A stretch of 64,000 nt of DNA from an uncultured virus (IMG/VR IMGVR_UViG_3300042400_001066) (IMGVR_UViG_3300042400_001066), one strand, 5' to 3'. Positions 48,182 through 57,757 are shown, counted from the stretch's first letter. The notes: generated from the letters alone by a model not told the origin. Translations and numbers: made by a program.

Positions 48182-48869
48182 CTTTTTTAATTAATCTCGT
48201 TATAACCCTAGATGCTGCGGTTTCAAGAGATTTCTTGGTGGTGATTCCTATAGTGGATTGATTAAATTTAATATCATCAACATCTGCAAGGATGGAAGAT
48301 TTTTTAACAGTATTAGCTTCTCCTAATCCTGAACCCACTATGATTTCTCCTGTAGTAGCATCTACAAATTTACATTGCAATCCCAACCTAGTTGTTTGAG
48401 TTGCCTCTGCTTTGCCATTCATTTTTACCACTTCATCTTCTGATACAGAAAAATCATATACTTCAATATAAACAAAGTAGTTAGCTAATAATACATTACC
48501 AAACACTTCCATCTTATTTGAAGAGATTCCTTTTCTAGATGCTTTATCCTGAGAAATCATTTTATTTTTAATCTCTGCTTTATCTTCAGTGATTACAAAA
48601 CGGTTTGTATTTAAGAAATATTCAGTGACAATGTTGGTTACACCAAGCCCCACTTTCTTTTCTTTAAGTTCAGGATAAGATTCGTATAATTCTTCATTAA
48701 ACCCTATTTTAAGAATAGAAATAGGAATTTGCAATGTATCATCATAATCTGATACAACTGCCAAACTCTGTTTCTTTTCAAAATCAGCTACATAAGCTTC
48801 TGTTTTAATAGAACCTATTTGAGAGAAAGCAAAAAGAGGTAAAAAGATTAGACTACCAAGGACTTTCAT
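48165..48869 (-). CDS. CsgG/HfaB-family (curli-transport-like) envelope protein
   Basis: 234 aa with signal ...FAFS|Q. GLGVTNIVTEYFLNTNRFVITE, ANYFVYIEVYDF and LQCKFVDATTGEII.GSG match the CsgG/TolB_N-like fold pattern. Confidence 0.7.
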   Translation of the reverse strand: MKVLGSLIFLPLFAFSQIGSIKTEAYVADFEKKQSLAVVSDYDDTLQIPISILKIGFNEELYESYPELKEKKVGLGVTNIVTEYFLNTNRFVITEDKAEIKNKMISQDKASRKGISSNKMEVFGNVLLANYFVYIEVYDFSVSEDEVVKMNGKAEATQTTRLGLQCKFVDATTGEIIVGSGLGEANTVKKSSILADVDDIKFNQSTIGITTKKSLETAASRVITRLIKKGVFKK

Positions 48870-49149
48870 CTTCAGCTTTTTCTTTTTTAGCAGGCTTCTC
48901 TACAACTCTTTCTTTAATGATTGTAGTAGGAGCTGCACTTTGCTTTTGTTGATTAGTGTTTTCAATATTCACTACAATAGGAGCAGGAGCTGCTGTTTCA
49001 GTTTTAGCTTCTTCCTTGTGCTCAGTTTCTCCCCCAAACAAATGTGTAGAAGCCCACACACCTGCTGCTGTAACTAATGTACCTATTGCTCCAATAATAG
49101 TTTTTTTCAAACTATCCATAGAACCATCATTTTGAATTTCTTCTGACAT
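48853..49149 (-). CDS. Small single-pass membrane protein with P/A/K/E-rich tail
   Basis: 98 aa; TIIGAIGTLVTAAGVWAS TM segment followed by a disordered tail. Confidence 0.65.
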   Translation of the reverse strand: MSEEIQNDGSMDSLKKTIIGAIGTLVTAAGVWASTHLFGGETEHKEEAKTETAAPAPIVVNIENTNQQKQSAAPTTIIKERVVEKPAKKEKAEDESPW

Positions 49150-49160
49150 AATATTTATTT

Positions 49161-51080
49161 TTATTGCTTAATAATTTTTGATACTAATACTCCTTTATTA
49201 TTTAGGAGTAATTTTGCTGTATAAACTCCTGCTGATAAGTTTCCTAAATCTGCTCTATAAGTGAATTGCCCTTTAGCAACAAGTTCGTCTAACACTTTAA
49301 TACGCAAACTTCCCAACATATCATATACCGCCAATGTGGCATTTGTGCTTTCTTCTACATTAAAAACAATATCTATAATTCCCGTTGTAGGATTTGGATA
49401 AACTTCCATAGTGTTAGCATCTATAATTCTACCAATATTAGTGGGAGACATTTTTCTAACTTGTATAATATTATGACTAGGAGTTATAGATAAATCTTTT
49501 GAGGTAAAGTTTCCTGCAAATTTATTAGAGGTGAATAGAGGACTCACACCCCAATCTGCTTGTGGTTTCAAAGCTATAAATTGGAAAGTGATTATTTCAT
49601 CTCCATTTTTTAAAGCATTGTTATTAGTGGTAGGATCATAGCCTCCCCAAGATATTTCTCCTTCATTAGGGTTCACATAAGTAATCCATTTTTGAGCATT
49701 TGCACTTGAATAGATTCCTTTGAAAGATAATAAGCTACTATCATATTTCAATCCAAATTGCAAAGCTAATACACTAACACTATCTGACTTTAAACTTACA
49801 GGAATGCTAACCATATTTCCTTCGTTAACATTTAACTTAGGAATAGTTAATTCAATATTATTTGTTGGGAAGTCATATTCCACTCTAGTGTCAATAACTC
49901 TATGAGTTTGTGGGTCTAAGTCTTGCGGACCATTTATAAGTATTTCCGTTGGAGTTGTTCTAGCCATATTGTATCCCGTAGAGTTGGCATCTCCAGGAAC
50001 CACTACATAATATGTAACCGAGTCAGGTTGTCCTGGTAATATATCAAAGTAAAAATTAGTTACACCTGAAATAGTTGATGTATAGTTTGTTGTAGGCGTT
50101 CCTGTAATTGTAGCATATTCTGCTGCTGTAAAGAATTTAATATCTTTTACATTATTAGACCAACTTGTTATTCTTCCTGCCACTCTTCCAAATACTCCAA
50201 AAGCATCCGCCACTGTAATATTAGAGTTTCCATTTACATCCGCTGTATAGAAATCAAAATCTTTCGGAGTACCAACTCCTAACACCCATTGGTTAATCAA
50301 TTGAGCGTCTGTTGTAGATACTACATTACCTACACCCATTGTATCTCCCTTAACAGCCAATCTAACATCCCAGAATGTTGTATCTAATATTTCTGAGAAT
50401 GAGAATTTACCTGATGTATTAGTTTTATAAGAGTTTACTTGAGTCCAAGATGACCCTGCTTTAGGCTTCTTTTCTAAAGATAAAGTTAAATTTTTAGCTC
50501 CAGTTCCATTCACATTTGCGAATGTACCTTTGAAGCTAAGTTTCGGTCTTTTGAATTCTCCATTATAACTGTATAGTCCTAAAGTTGTGTCCATCCCTGC
50601 TTGTGTAGAAGCATATTGTGGAAAGGTAGATACTCCTGAAAATTTCAAAGAGTCTATAAAAGTTAAATTATTAAAAATAGATGGAGCAGCATGTGTAAGA
50701 GTAAGTTCAAAAGTCTCTCCATTAGCAAGGGAATAAGCACTACTATTACCTGTATAAATTAATGTTATAGTTGAAAATCCATTTATAGAATCTGTTACAT
50801 ATTGTAAATCAAGATTGGTTGTACTTCCCACTAAGCTAACCACTGAGTTTTTAAAAGCAACTTTGTCATAAAAAACTCTGAATTGCACACCTGTTACTTT
50901 TGTAGTGGTGGTATTTTTTAATGTAACTCTTGCTTTTGTAAATCCTTGTGTAGTTGTTCCTACATTATAAGCGGTGTCAATTAATGCCCATATTCCGCTG
51001 GAAGGTGCTGCTGGACCTGTCTGTCCATAAATGTTCATACAAGCTAACAAGCTTATAATCAATAATTTAAGTGTTTTCAT
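49161..51080 (-). CDS. Secreted cohesin-Ig-dockerin-cohesin protein with T9SS C-terminal sorting domain
   Basis: 639 aa with signal ...NIYG|Q. Cohesin-like VTGVQFRVFYD and VSIPVSLK..LALQFGLKYDSSLLSF; dockerin-like ADVNGNSNITVADA; CTD VYPNPT..VYDMLG..LSAGVY..KIIKQ. Confidence 0.8.
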   Translation of the reverse strand: MKTLKLLIISLLACMNIYGQTGPAAPSSGIWALIDTAYNVGTTTQGFTKARVTLKNTTTTKVTGVQFRVFYDKVAFKNSVVSLVGSTTNLDLQYVTDSINGFSTITLIYTGNSSAYSLANGETFELTLTHAAPSIFNNLTFIDSLKFSGVSTFPQYASTQAGMDTTLGLYSYNGEFKRPKLSFKGTFANVNGTGAKNLTLSLEKKPKAGSSWTQVNSYKTNTSGKFSFSEILDTTFWDVRLAVKGDTMGVGNVVSTTDAQLINQWVLGVGTPKDFDFYTADVNGNSNITVADAFGVFGRVAGRITSWSNNVKDIKFFTAAEYATITGTPTTNYTSTISGVTNFYFDILPGQPDSVTYYVVVPGDANSTGYNMARTTPTEILINGPQDLDPQTHRVIDTRVEYDFPTNNIELTIPKLNVNEGNMVSIPVSLKSDSVSVLALQFGLKYDSSLLSFKGIYSSANAQKWITYVNPNEGEISWGGYDPTTNNNALKNGDEIITFQFIALKPQADWGVSPLFTSNKFAGNFTSKDLSITPSHNIIQVRKMSPTNIGRIIDANTMEVYPNPTTGIIDIVFNVEESTNATLAVYDMLGSLRIKVLDELVAKGQFTYRADLGNLSAGVYTAKLLLNNKGVLVSKIIKQ

Positions 51081-51106
51081 TTTATAGATTTGTAATTTAG
51101 TAACTA

Positions 51107-51114
51107 CAAAAATA
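51107..51114 (-). promoter_or_regulatory. -7 promoter element (TATTTTTG) heading the secreted-protein cassette
   Basis: CAAAAATA on the + strand, 26 nt upstream of the ATG at 51080. Confidence 0.55.
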
Positions 51115-51145
51115 TAAAAAAATTTTAATTTTATTTGAGATTATT

Positions 51146-51394
51146 TTAATCAATGAGTTCTTCTGTGTTAATATTATGTTTAGATAAAATATATTGTATT
51201 TTTTCAAAAACAATCTCTAAAGCCCCATATTTATCAATATCTTCTTTACTATCAAGTTCAAACTCTAATTTTTTTTTAGTGTTATATATTAATTCAAACA
51301 AAGCAGATGCCATAGCAGAACTTGCAACAGCTTGTTTAAACTCCCTATAATCATCAGGATTACTTAAATCGTAATCTATTCTTGCTTTTGCCAT
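51146..51394 (-). CDS. Hypothetical protein
   Basis: 82 aa ORF in the co-oriented run. Confidence 0.65.
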   Translation of the reverse strand: MAKARIDYDLSNPDDYREFKQAVASSAMASALFELIYNTKKKLEFELDSKEDIDKYGALEIVFEKIQYILSKHNINTEELID

Positions 51395-51400
51395 AATTTT

Positions 51401-51970
51401 TTATTTAATATTAGTATATAAAATTGTACTACTGTCTTTATTCACTTTGCATTTATAAAAGACATCTTGGTGGGGTATGAATTGGTTAGTATTAAAGGGC
51501 CTTGTAATAATATGTGCCCCATTAGGTGTAGGTATCTCTGCTATAATATTTTTACCTCCAGGTTCACAATCATTAATTACCTTTTGAATTTTAATAATAT
51601 CAGTATCAGATACCTCTTTAAAATCTATATCTATTATCCAATGCTCAAAATTAGATTTTAAGTTGCCGATAGATTCCTCAATTAATAAAGAGTAGTTTAA
51701 TTCTTGCTTCTCTAATTTTTTAGACAAGGTTTCTATTATTTTATATCCTAGTTTTTCTTTAGAATAAGAGCCTAGTTTAATATATACACTAGCATCTAAA
51801 TAATCAGCAATACGTTTCATTTCATCGTAATTAGCCATTAAATTTTGCAAACTATCTACCATGTAATGCTTAATTACTTTATTATTAGAGTTTTGTATGA
51901 CAAGTATTTCATAAAAACTACTATTTTGAAATACTAATAAAGGAATTATTTTTTTTAAATTGTCTTTCAT
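51401..51970 (-). CDS. AEP/prim-pol-like small protein
   Basis: 189 aa; WIIDID (DxD) and IPTPNGAHII resemble archaeo-eukaryotic primase motifs I and II. Confidence 0.45.
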   Translation of the reverse strand: MKDNLKKIIPLLVFQNSSFYEILVIQNSNNKVIKHYMVDSLQNLMANYDEMKRIADYLDASVYIKLGSYSKEKLGYKIIETLSKKLEKQELNYSLLIEESIGNLKSNFEHWIIDIDFKEVSDTDIIKIQKVINDCEPGGKNIIAEIPTPNGAHIITRPFNTNQFIPHQDVFYKCKVNKDSSTILYTNIK

Positions 51971-51971
51971 G

Positions 51972-52283
51972 TTAAATAAGAGTTAAAATGTATGAAGATA
52001 TTTTATATCCTGTAAAGGCTCCTAATGCTGAAGGATAGGGGAATACCACTAATTTGCCTAAATCTGTAACGTATTTTGGCCTATTAATAATTTTGCTTAA
52101 AAATGTATAATAAACTATATAAGATCCCAAGACAGCAATATCAGATTTAGTAGAGACAAATACTATTATTATAGACCCTAGAAAGCCCCAAATAAAGTTA
52201 TCTCTAACTCCTTCCCATATTTCCTGTCTTGTAGCGTCTTTGTATTCTTTTACAATCCTATTTAGTGATTGTTTTTTTCTCAT
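51972..52283 (-). CDS. Membrane protein
   Basis: Three hydrophobic segments. ATG at 52283 (MRKKQ) preferred over 52328. Confidence 0.6.
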   Translation of the reverse strand: MRKKQSLNRIVKEYKDATRQEIWEGVRDNFIWGFLGSIIIVFVSTKSDIAVLGSYIVYYTFLSKIINRPKYVTDLGKLVVFPYPSALGAFTGYKISSYILTLI

Positions 52284-52503
52284 TTTTAGGAGTTTTTGGT
52301 TTAACCACTGGTTTTGTTTTAACCTCATCTAAAGCGGTCTGAAGTTTATCCAAATCTTTTAAGGTGTCTTCAAAAAATGTAACTGATTCTAGTAGATATT
52401 CTTTGTATTCTTTGTTAATCCTTTTATATTCTTTTTGTAGAATGTAAATTGTCACCATCCCTAGTATGTTAGTGGCTAATAATGTGTATTCAAGTGGGGT
52501 CAT
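52258..52503 (-). CDS. Small TM + coiled-coil protein
   Basis: 81 aa with an N-terminal hydrophobic helix and a basic tail. Confidence 0.6.
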   Translation of the reverse strand: MTPLEYTLLATNILGMVTIYILQKEYKRINKEYKEYLLESVTFFEDTLKDLDKLQTALDEVKTKPVVKPKTPKNEKKTITK

Positions 52504-52590
52504 AATAAATAATTTTAATTTTATGTAAAGATACTGGTTTTTTAATAAAAAATGGTGATTAATTTTTTTAGCTTTGAAATTTTATTTAGT

Positions 52591-53037
52591 TTAGTAAAAT
52601 CCTGTGCTGCCAAATCCCCCATCTCCTCTTTCAGTTGTAGGTAATTCATCCACTTCTTCAAATTCTATTTTAGGGTAAGGCATGATTATCAATTGCCCTA
52701 TTCTTTCTCCCACCTCATACATTGATTTTGCTTTTTCGTTTCCATTAGGCATTTTCATAGTAGGCTTGAACTTGAATTTTATTTCTCCAACGTATTGCGA
52801 ATCTATAACTCCTACGGAATTTGTCAATGATTGTGTCACCTTGCAAATACTACTTCTTGGGAATATAAGCCCAACGTGCCCTTCTGGGATTTTTATAGCT
52901 AAGTCTGTTCCATACTCGTAATTTCCGAACTCATCAATAGTTAAGCTTGTAGCGGTTAAATCCATTCCTGCGTCTCCTGGCTTTCCGTAAGCGGGAGTCA
53001 CCGCAAGTTCACTCAATTTTTTTATTTTTACTATCAT
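52591..53037 (-). CDS. dut: Trimeric dUTPase
   Basis: DAGMDL, PRSS, GVIDSQYVGEI, RIGQLI and RGDGGFGSTG motifs. Confidence 0.95.
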   Translation of the reverse strand: MIVKIKKLSELAVTPAYGKPGDAGMDLTATSLTIDEFGNYEYGTDLAIKIPEGHVGLIFPRSSICKVTQSLTNSVGVIDSQYVGEIKFKFKPTMKMPNGNEKAKSMYEVGERIGQLIIMPYPKIEFEEVDELPTTERGDGGFGSTGFY

Positions 53038-53042
53038 TTTTA

Positions 53043-54047
53043 TTAATTTTTATTTGTTAAAATAACCTTGTCTCTTGAAAATTTTTCTTTTATAACTTCC
53101 TTTAAAGGCTCTACTCCTAAATCTTTGATAACATCAGAAGGATCTGTTTGTGCCCAATAAGAAGGGTTGTTGATATATTTCAATCTATTATCAATCTCTA
53201 GGGTTAATAGTCTTGAAAATCTCTTGCCCGCTTCGTCATTGTTGAGATATACGAAAACATGGTCAAACTTGCTGAATAGTTCTTCAATTATAGGAAGTAG
53301 TATTTTGTAGCTATTTTCACTTGGAAGATTAAATGCATCATATCCTAAAGAATCTAAGCACATAGTGTCCTTTAAAGAAGAAGTGATAAAGCATACATTT
53401 GTTTTGTATTCAAGTTGTGGGTAGCCCTCTAGCACTGCTTTAATTGTTCTCCACTTTTGCATAGGAATACCTAGTGGATTATATACTTTAAAAAGCTGAT
53501 TATTTTGGTAGTATCCGAATATAGGATTATATTCACTACTAGAATAGTTTAGTACTCCGTTTCGTAAAACAAACTTTACAGGGCATACATCATATTTTTT
53601 TAATGTAGCTTCTGTAATACCAAATTTTTTCCAGTAATCAATATCTTCCTTTGCAAAGAAGTTTTTCTTTATTACAGAATAATTTATCTTCTCGGCTACT
53701 TGTTGAGTGTATTTATCTTTATTTACAGAAGAAGAAAGGGGTGTTACTGCCACCCCTTTGTTTTCTCCTGAAAAACCTCCCTTCACTCTATCCGTGTACT
53801 TTAAATCATAATTTATTTTTGTAATAGCTTCTTTATTTGTTAAGTTATACTTTTGCGATACAAAAGAAATACAGTCAGAATGTGTAGGATGATGTGCCCA
53901 ATCTATAAATAAAATCTTATCATTGATAACTTTAAAATAGCATTTAGGGCTTTTATCATGCCTTAGCGGATTACTATAAGTACCCTTACTTTCCCAACTT
54001 CCAAAGTAATTTCTCCATATATCGCTCTGTTGATCTAAAGTGAACAT
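53043..54047 (-). CDS. DNA primase (DnaG/TOPRIM, crAss-type)
   Basis: NPLRHDKSPKC..DCISFV zinc-finger-like N-terminus; ITSSLKD, PSEN, NNDEAG and DPSD. Confidence 0.85.
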   Translation of the reverse strand: MFTLDQQSDIWRNYFGSWESKGTYSNPLRHDKSPKCYFKVINDKILFIDWAHHPTHSDCISFVSQKYNLTNKEAITKINYDLKYTDRVKGGFSGENKGVAVTPLSSSVNKDKYTQQVAEKINYSVIKKNFFAKEDIDYWKKFGITEATLKKYDVCPVKFVLRNGVLNYSSSEYNPIFGYYQNNQLFKVYNPLGIPMQKWRTIKAVLEGYPQLEYKTNVCFITSSLKDTMCLDSLGYDAFNLPSENSYKILLPIIEELFSKFDHVFVYLNNDEAGKRFSRLLTLEIDNRLKYINNPSYWAQTDPSDVIKDLGVEPLKEVIKEKFSRDKVILTNKN

Positions 54048-54056
54048 AATTATTGA

Positions 54057-54905
54057 TTAAAAAGGAAGTGCATCATCAAATGCCATATTATTTGACGAGG
54101 AAGCCATTGTTTCTTCAGTGCCTTCTGCCATCAATTCATTTGGGTCAAATTCTTGGAAGTTAGATGTGATTGGGGCAATATTCTTTTTAAATGCAGAATA
54201 CTCTCCTTTTAGAGCATTGATAATTTTATCAAAGCTTTTAATCCCAGGATAGTCTTTTATGAAAGCTTTGGTATAAATATCCATATCATAATATGTCTTG
54301 CCATTACTTTCACTTGAACGAATACCTACATAAACTTTGATTCCTCTTCCTTCTTCAAATAACGGATTTATGTCAGAATAATCTTGCTTAAACAATTTCT
54401 CTAATGGAAGAAAAATACTTGGAACATCTCCATCTTTCAGAGTGTATTTTGACAACTCAGTTTCCCAGTTTTTCAAGGTTATGAAAAAGTCCACTAAAGC
54501 ATCTTCTCCCACCATTGCTTTTCTTTGGTTGTCTCCATAATACCACACTTTGTTTTTATTCATAACAGCAGGGTCTTCATTATAAGAAGTAAGCCCTTGT
54601 CCATTAATGTATTTTTGCTTTCCACTTCTTGAAATATCGGGTCTAGCTTCAAGCCAAAATGTAATCTTTGTTTTTGTGTTTTCGGCTTGAGGAAGAGTTC
54701 CCCAAATATCAATCTTTAATATTCTCACTTGCTTACCATCTATATCTTTTGTAGATAGATATTCAGGGTCTTTTTCCAAATCTTTTCCTAAGAATGAGGC
54801 TAGGGCAGCTTTGTTAGGGTTAATCATACTAGGAATAAAAGTAGATACTCCGTAGAATAGTTTTCTGGTTCCTGAACCAGATGACGTTTTGACATTGTTG
54901 TTCAT
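54057..54905 (-). CDS. Putative single-stranded DNA-binding protein
   Basis: 282 aa with acidic C-terminus ending DDALPF, between the ATPase and primase genes. Confidence 0.55.
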   Translation of the reverse strand: MNNNVKTSSGSGTRKLFYGVSTFIPSMINPNKAALASFLGKDLEKDPEYLSTKDIDGKQVRILKIDIWGTLPQAENTKTKITFWLEARPDISRSGKQKYINGQGLTSYNEDPAVMNKNKVWYYGDNQRKAMVGEDALVDFFITLKNWETELSKYTLKDGDVPSIFLPLEKLFKQDYSDINPLFEEGRGIKVYVGIRSSESNGKTYYDMDIYTKAFIKDYPGIKSFDKIINALKGEYSAFKKNIAPITSNFQEFDPNELMAEGTEETMASSSNNMAFDDALPF

Positions 54906-54946
54906 GTTTAAAAAAATTAAAAATTAAAAATATTGTTTGTGTGTTA

Positions 54947-55678
54947 TTAAATAAAAATCTTGTCCCAATGAGTCTCTAGCTTATCATCATTTATAAGTTC
55001 TGAGATTTCAAACTCCTTGTTTCTAAGGTGCTTACATCTTGTGCCACCTACAATTTCTTCAGAGTGGATAAATGAAAGCATATTTACATTTGGTTTTTCT
55101 GTATTTCTATACATATACCCAATTGCATCTACTCTTAGAGCAAGTAAATCTTTCAACTTACCTTCAAGATTCAGCTCTTTAATTGTTTGTCCTGAAGTAG
55201 AAATACTTTTATCCGAAACGTGTCCTACAATAATCAACGTATCACAGAATCTTGTAAAGAATTCCATAATTTTGAATAAGGCTTCTCGTTTATAGACTTG
55301 ACCTTTTCCATACTCTAGTCTATCAATATCAAAGTCAGCAGCTTCTGATTTACCTGTATCTTTGTTATAGGTTCTCACTGCTAATTGATTTAATAGTTTT
55401 TCTTTCAAAGAAGTCACCGTATCAAGGGTAATAAACTTGTAATGAGGGGTTTCTTTGTGGAAAAGTTTAGCTAATTCATCAAACTGTTGCAGGGAATCTA
55501 TGTTAATCCTCATGGATTCATAGAAATCTGCTCCGTGCTCGAAGTTAATAATCAGGTTATCCTCCAACTCACTGAGTGCGTGGGTTTTCCCTGTCTTTTT
55601 CTGGCTAAAAATAACCATAGTTCTTGGATTGACTACTGAAGGGGCAATCTTCCCTGTTGGCAATGTTAAATTACTCAT
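54947..55678 (-). CDS. AAA-family ATPase (Sak4/AAA_24-like recombinase)
   Basis: Walker A-like SQKKTGKT, Walker B ITLDTVT, IIVGH and DAIGY. Confidence 0.8.
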   Translation of the reverse strand: MSNLTLPTGKIAPSVVNPRTMVIFSQKKTGKTHALSELEDNLIINFEHGADFYESMRINIDSLQQFDELAKLFHKETPHYKFITLDTVTSLKEKLLNQLAVRTYNKDTGKSEAADFDIDRLEYGKGQVYKREALFKIMEFFTRFCDTLIIVGHVSDKSISTSGQTIKELNLEGKLKDLLALRVDAIGYMYRNTEKPNVNMLSFIHSEEIVGGTRCKHLRNKEFEISELINDDKLETHWDKIFI

Positions 55679-56795
55679 CTTTTAAAATTTGTTGTTTATA
55701 GGTTAATAATTGGTTTAAATTTTGGGTGTCATCATTTTTTGGCATACTGAAAAAACTAAAGCCTTTAGGGTTGAAAAACAAAGGTTCTGCAACTCCTGTT
55801 CTACCAAATCGGTTTTTACAAATATGAATAGTTCTAAAGCATTCTTCAAAGCCATCTACTCTATCAGAAGCTAAAATCGGATACTTATAGTAATTTGTCA
55901 TTTTGTGCTTATAAGGAGAAAATAATCCTAAGATAACTTGGTAAGATCTTGCTACCTTTATATTATCTCCTAATTTCTGAGGCTCAGGCTCAAGCTTACC
56001 TGCTTTATAGTGGTTTAGGTCCCCTGCTGCCATTTGTTGCTGTTGTACACAACATACATGCCATTTCCAATGCTTTGTAACTTGCTTTCTCATATAAGTA
56101 TTCACAAGTCTATCTATACATCCTGACAAATCAAGCGACATTCCTAATTCATTTTTCTCTAATTCCAAAATGTTTACGTTATCTATAACTACTGCCACTA
56201 TTTCATTAGGGTCGTTTTGAGTGTAATGACTGTAAATATTAATCACTTTCCCCCCACCCAATTGTTTTTCTTTATAATGGTGCTCACCAATTTCTTTTGA
56301 ATACTCTTGACAAGTTTTATAAATACCTGTAGCATGGCCAGTTTGGTCGTCAAATTTGGTGAAAGATTTTACAGTGTCGAAATACCTTTGAACAGGATCT
56401 GATTTTATCATAGCAATTACTTCTTCCGAAATAGGCTCTATCCTGCTTAATAATTCATCTTGTGTACAATGTTTATTGAAATATTTAGAGATGGCATATT
56501 GTAGTATACTAATATCAAATTCTTCCTCAGACTCTTCTAATCCAAACCATATACATTTATATTTAAAAGACTTAAACGCAGGGTCATCTAAAATATAATC
56601 AGCAACACTAAATAAATATAAGTACTTGGCTAAAGAAGTTTTGCCTACAGAGGTTTCAGCAGTAACACACACAAGTGCCCCTGGAAATATACCACTAAAG
56701 GATTTTCTTGTTCCGTTGAATGGCATAGGAATACTATTAATATGTCCTAGTATTAATGAATCCCTGCTCTCTTCTATTACTTTTAAAATATCCAT
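55671..56795 (-). CDS. DnaB-like (SF4) replicative helicase
   Basis: AETSVGKT Walker A, FGLEES, VVIDN, VQQQ and ICKNRFG. Confidence 0.8.
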   Translation of the reverse strand: MDILKVIEESRDSLILGHINSIPMPFNGTRKSFSGIFPGALVCVTAETSVGKTSLAKYLYLFSVADYILDDPAFKSFKYKCIWFGLEESEEEFDISILQYAISKYFNKHCTQDELLSRIEPISEEVIAMIKSDPVQRYFDTVKSFTKFDDQTGHATGIYKTCQEYSKEIGEHHYKEKQLGGGKVINIYSHYTQNDPNEIVAVVIDNVNILELEKNELGMSLDLSGCIDRLVNTYMRKQVTKHWKWHVCCVQQQQMAAGDLNHYKAGKLEPEPQKLGDNIKVARSYQVILGLFSPYKHKMTNYYKYPILASDRVDGFEECFRTIHICKNRFGRTGVAEPLFFNPKGFSFFSMPKNDDTQNLNQLLTYKQQILKDE

Positions 56796-57289
56796 TAAAA
56801 TACGAGTTTATCTTGGTCACTAAATATTCCTTCTTTCATTTCATTAATAGTATCTAACAATAAGCTGCCTCCCTCTTTCTCAATAAAATATTGAGCATCC
56901 AATGTATAACGAATATCGTCAGCATTTTGATGATAATAGTTAACAGCGTATAGGATTTCTTCACTAGAAACTTTATACTTTTTCATAAATGATTCTAACT
57001 TAGTTATAACTTTATTTTTAGGACTAAATGCTTTTTTATTTATTCCTTGTAAATTTTGTTTACTAAATAATATCATATATTCATCTAAGAATTGTTCAGA
57101 AACAAGAGGTTGATATTTTTCTCCATTAAGAATAGCTTTACCAAACTCTGTTATTTCAAAATCTAAAGGATTATTAGTATTTATTTTTGTAAGATGTATA
57201 TTTCTAATAAACCCTTTCTTTATTAAGTATTGGATAATGTTTAATTGGGGAAGATTAATAGCTAATTTTCCCATTTCTTCGTAACTCAT
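56795..57289 (-). CDS. Hypothetical protein (possible helicase-loader/wHTH)
   Basis: 164 aa; LIKKGFI..EITEFGK winged-helix-like pattern; translationally coupled to the helicase. Confidence 0.55.
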   Translation of the reverse strand: MSYEEMGKLAINLPQLNIIQYLIKKGFIRNIHLTKINTNNPLDFEITEFGKAILNGEKYQPLVSEQFLDEYMILFSKQNLQGINKKAFSPKNKVITKLESFMKKYKVSSEEILYAVNYYHQNADDIRYTLDAQYFIEKEGGSLLLDTINEMKEGIFSDQDKLVF

Positions 57290-57315
57290 ATTCCCTTTGT
57301 TTTAAAAAACTTCTG

Positions 57316-57323
57316 CAAAATTA
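57316..57323 (-). promoter_or_regulatory. -7 promoter element (TAATTTTG)
   Basis: CAAAATTA on the + strand, 26 nt upstream of the ATG at 57289. Confidence 0.5.
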
Positions 57324-57334
57324 ATATATTTTTT

Positions 57335-57757
57335 TCAAATGTCAAGCGTTATTTTACTTTTTTCTGTAAATTTTTTGTGACAATCTTTACAAAGCACCTC
57401 TAGCTTGTTTAGATCCTCTACGAATAACCTATCGTGGAATGGTTTTATTTCGGAGTAATCCCTTAAACTACCACAGGGCTCAATGTGATTTACTTCTACA
57501 TCTTTTTTTAAGAACATTTTTTTACAATGATTGCATTGCCATTTTTTTAACAAGGCAGAATAAGCCCTTTTAAGTATCTCTTTTCTAAAAGGACAAGAGT
57601 ATAACCACCTCTGTCTTAAAAAAGCTCTAATGGCACCAAAAAAAGCTGATTTGGTCATTGTACCTCCACAATATTCTCTCACTACTCTAGGATTAACTAC
57701 CTTTTTCTTTTTTCTAGGAGTTGTGGTGTTGGATTTTTTTACTGTCTTTCTTCTCAT
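57335..57757 (-). CDS. HNH endonuclease
   Basis: CNHC..EVNHIEPCG..LEVLCKDCH. Confidence 0.8.
   Translation of the reverse strand: MRRKTVKKSNTTTPRKKKKVVNPRVVREYCGGTMTKSAFFGAIRAFLRQRWLYSCPFRKEILKRAYSALLKKWQCNHCKKMFLKKDVEVNHIEPCGSLRDYSEIKPFHDRLFVEDLNKLEVLCKDCHKKFTEKSKITLDI

Noticed and set aside
48165..48869. A complete curli (csgBAC/DEFG) system
   Set aside because: No curlin-repeat subunit or clear CsgE/CsgF was recognisable; only the CsgG-like fold is supported, so no gene symbol was assigned.
55320..55345. DFDID motif identical to the crAss RNAP catalytic motif
   Set aside because: It is inside the 243-aa AAA ATPase, so it is coincidental.
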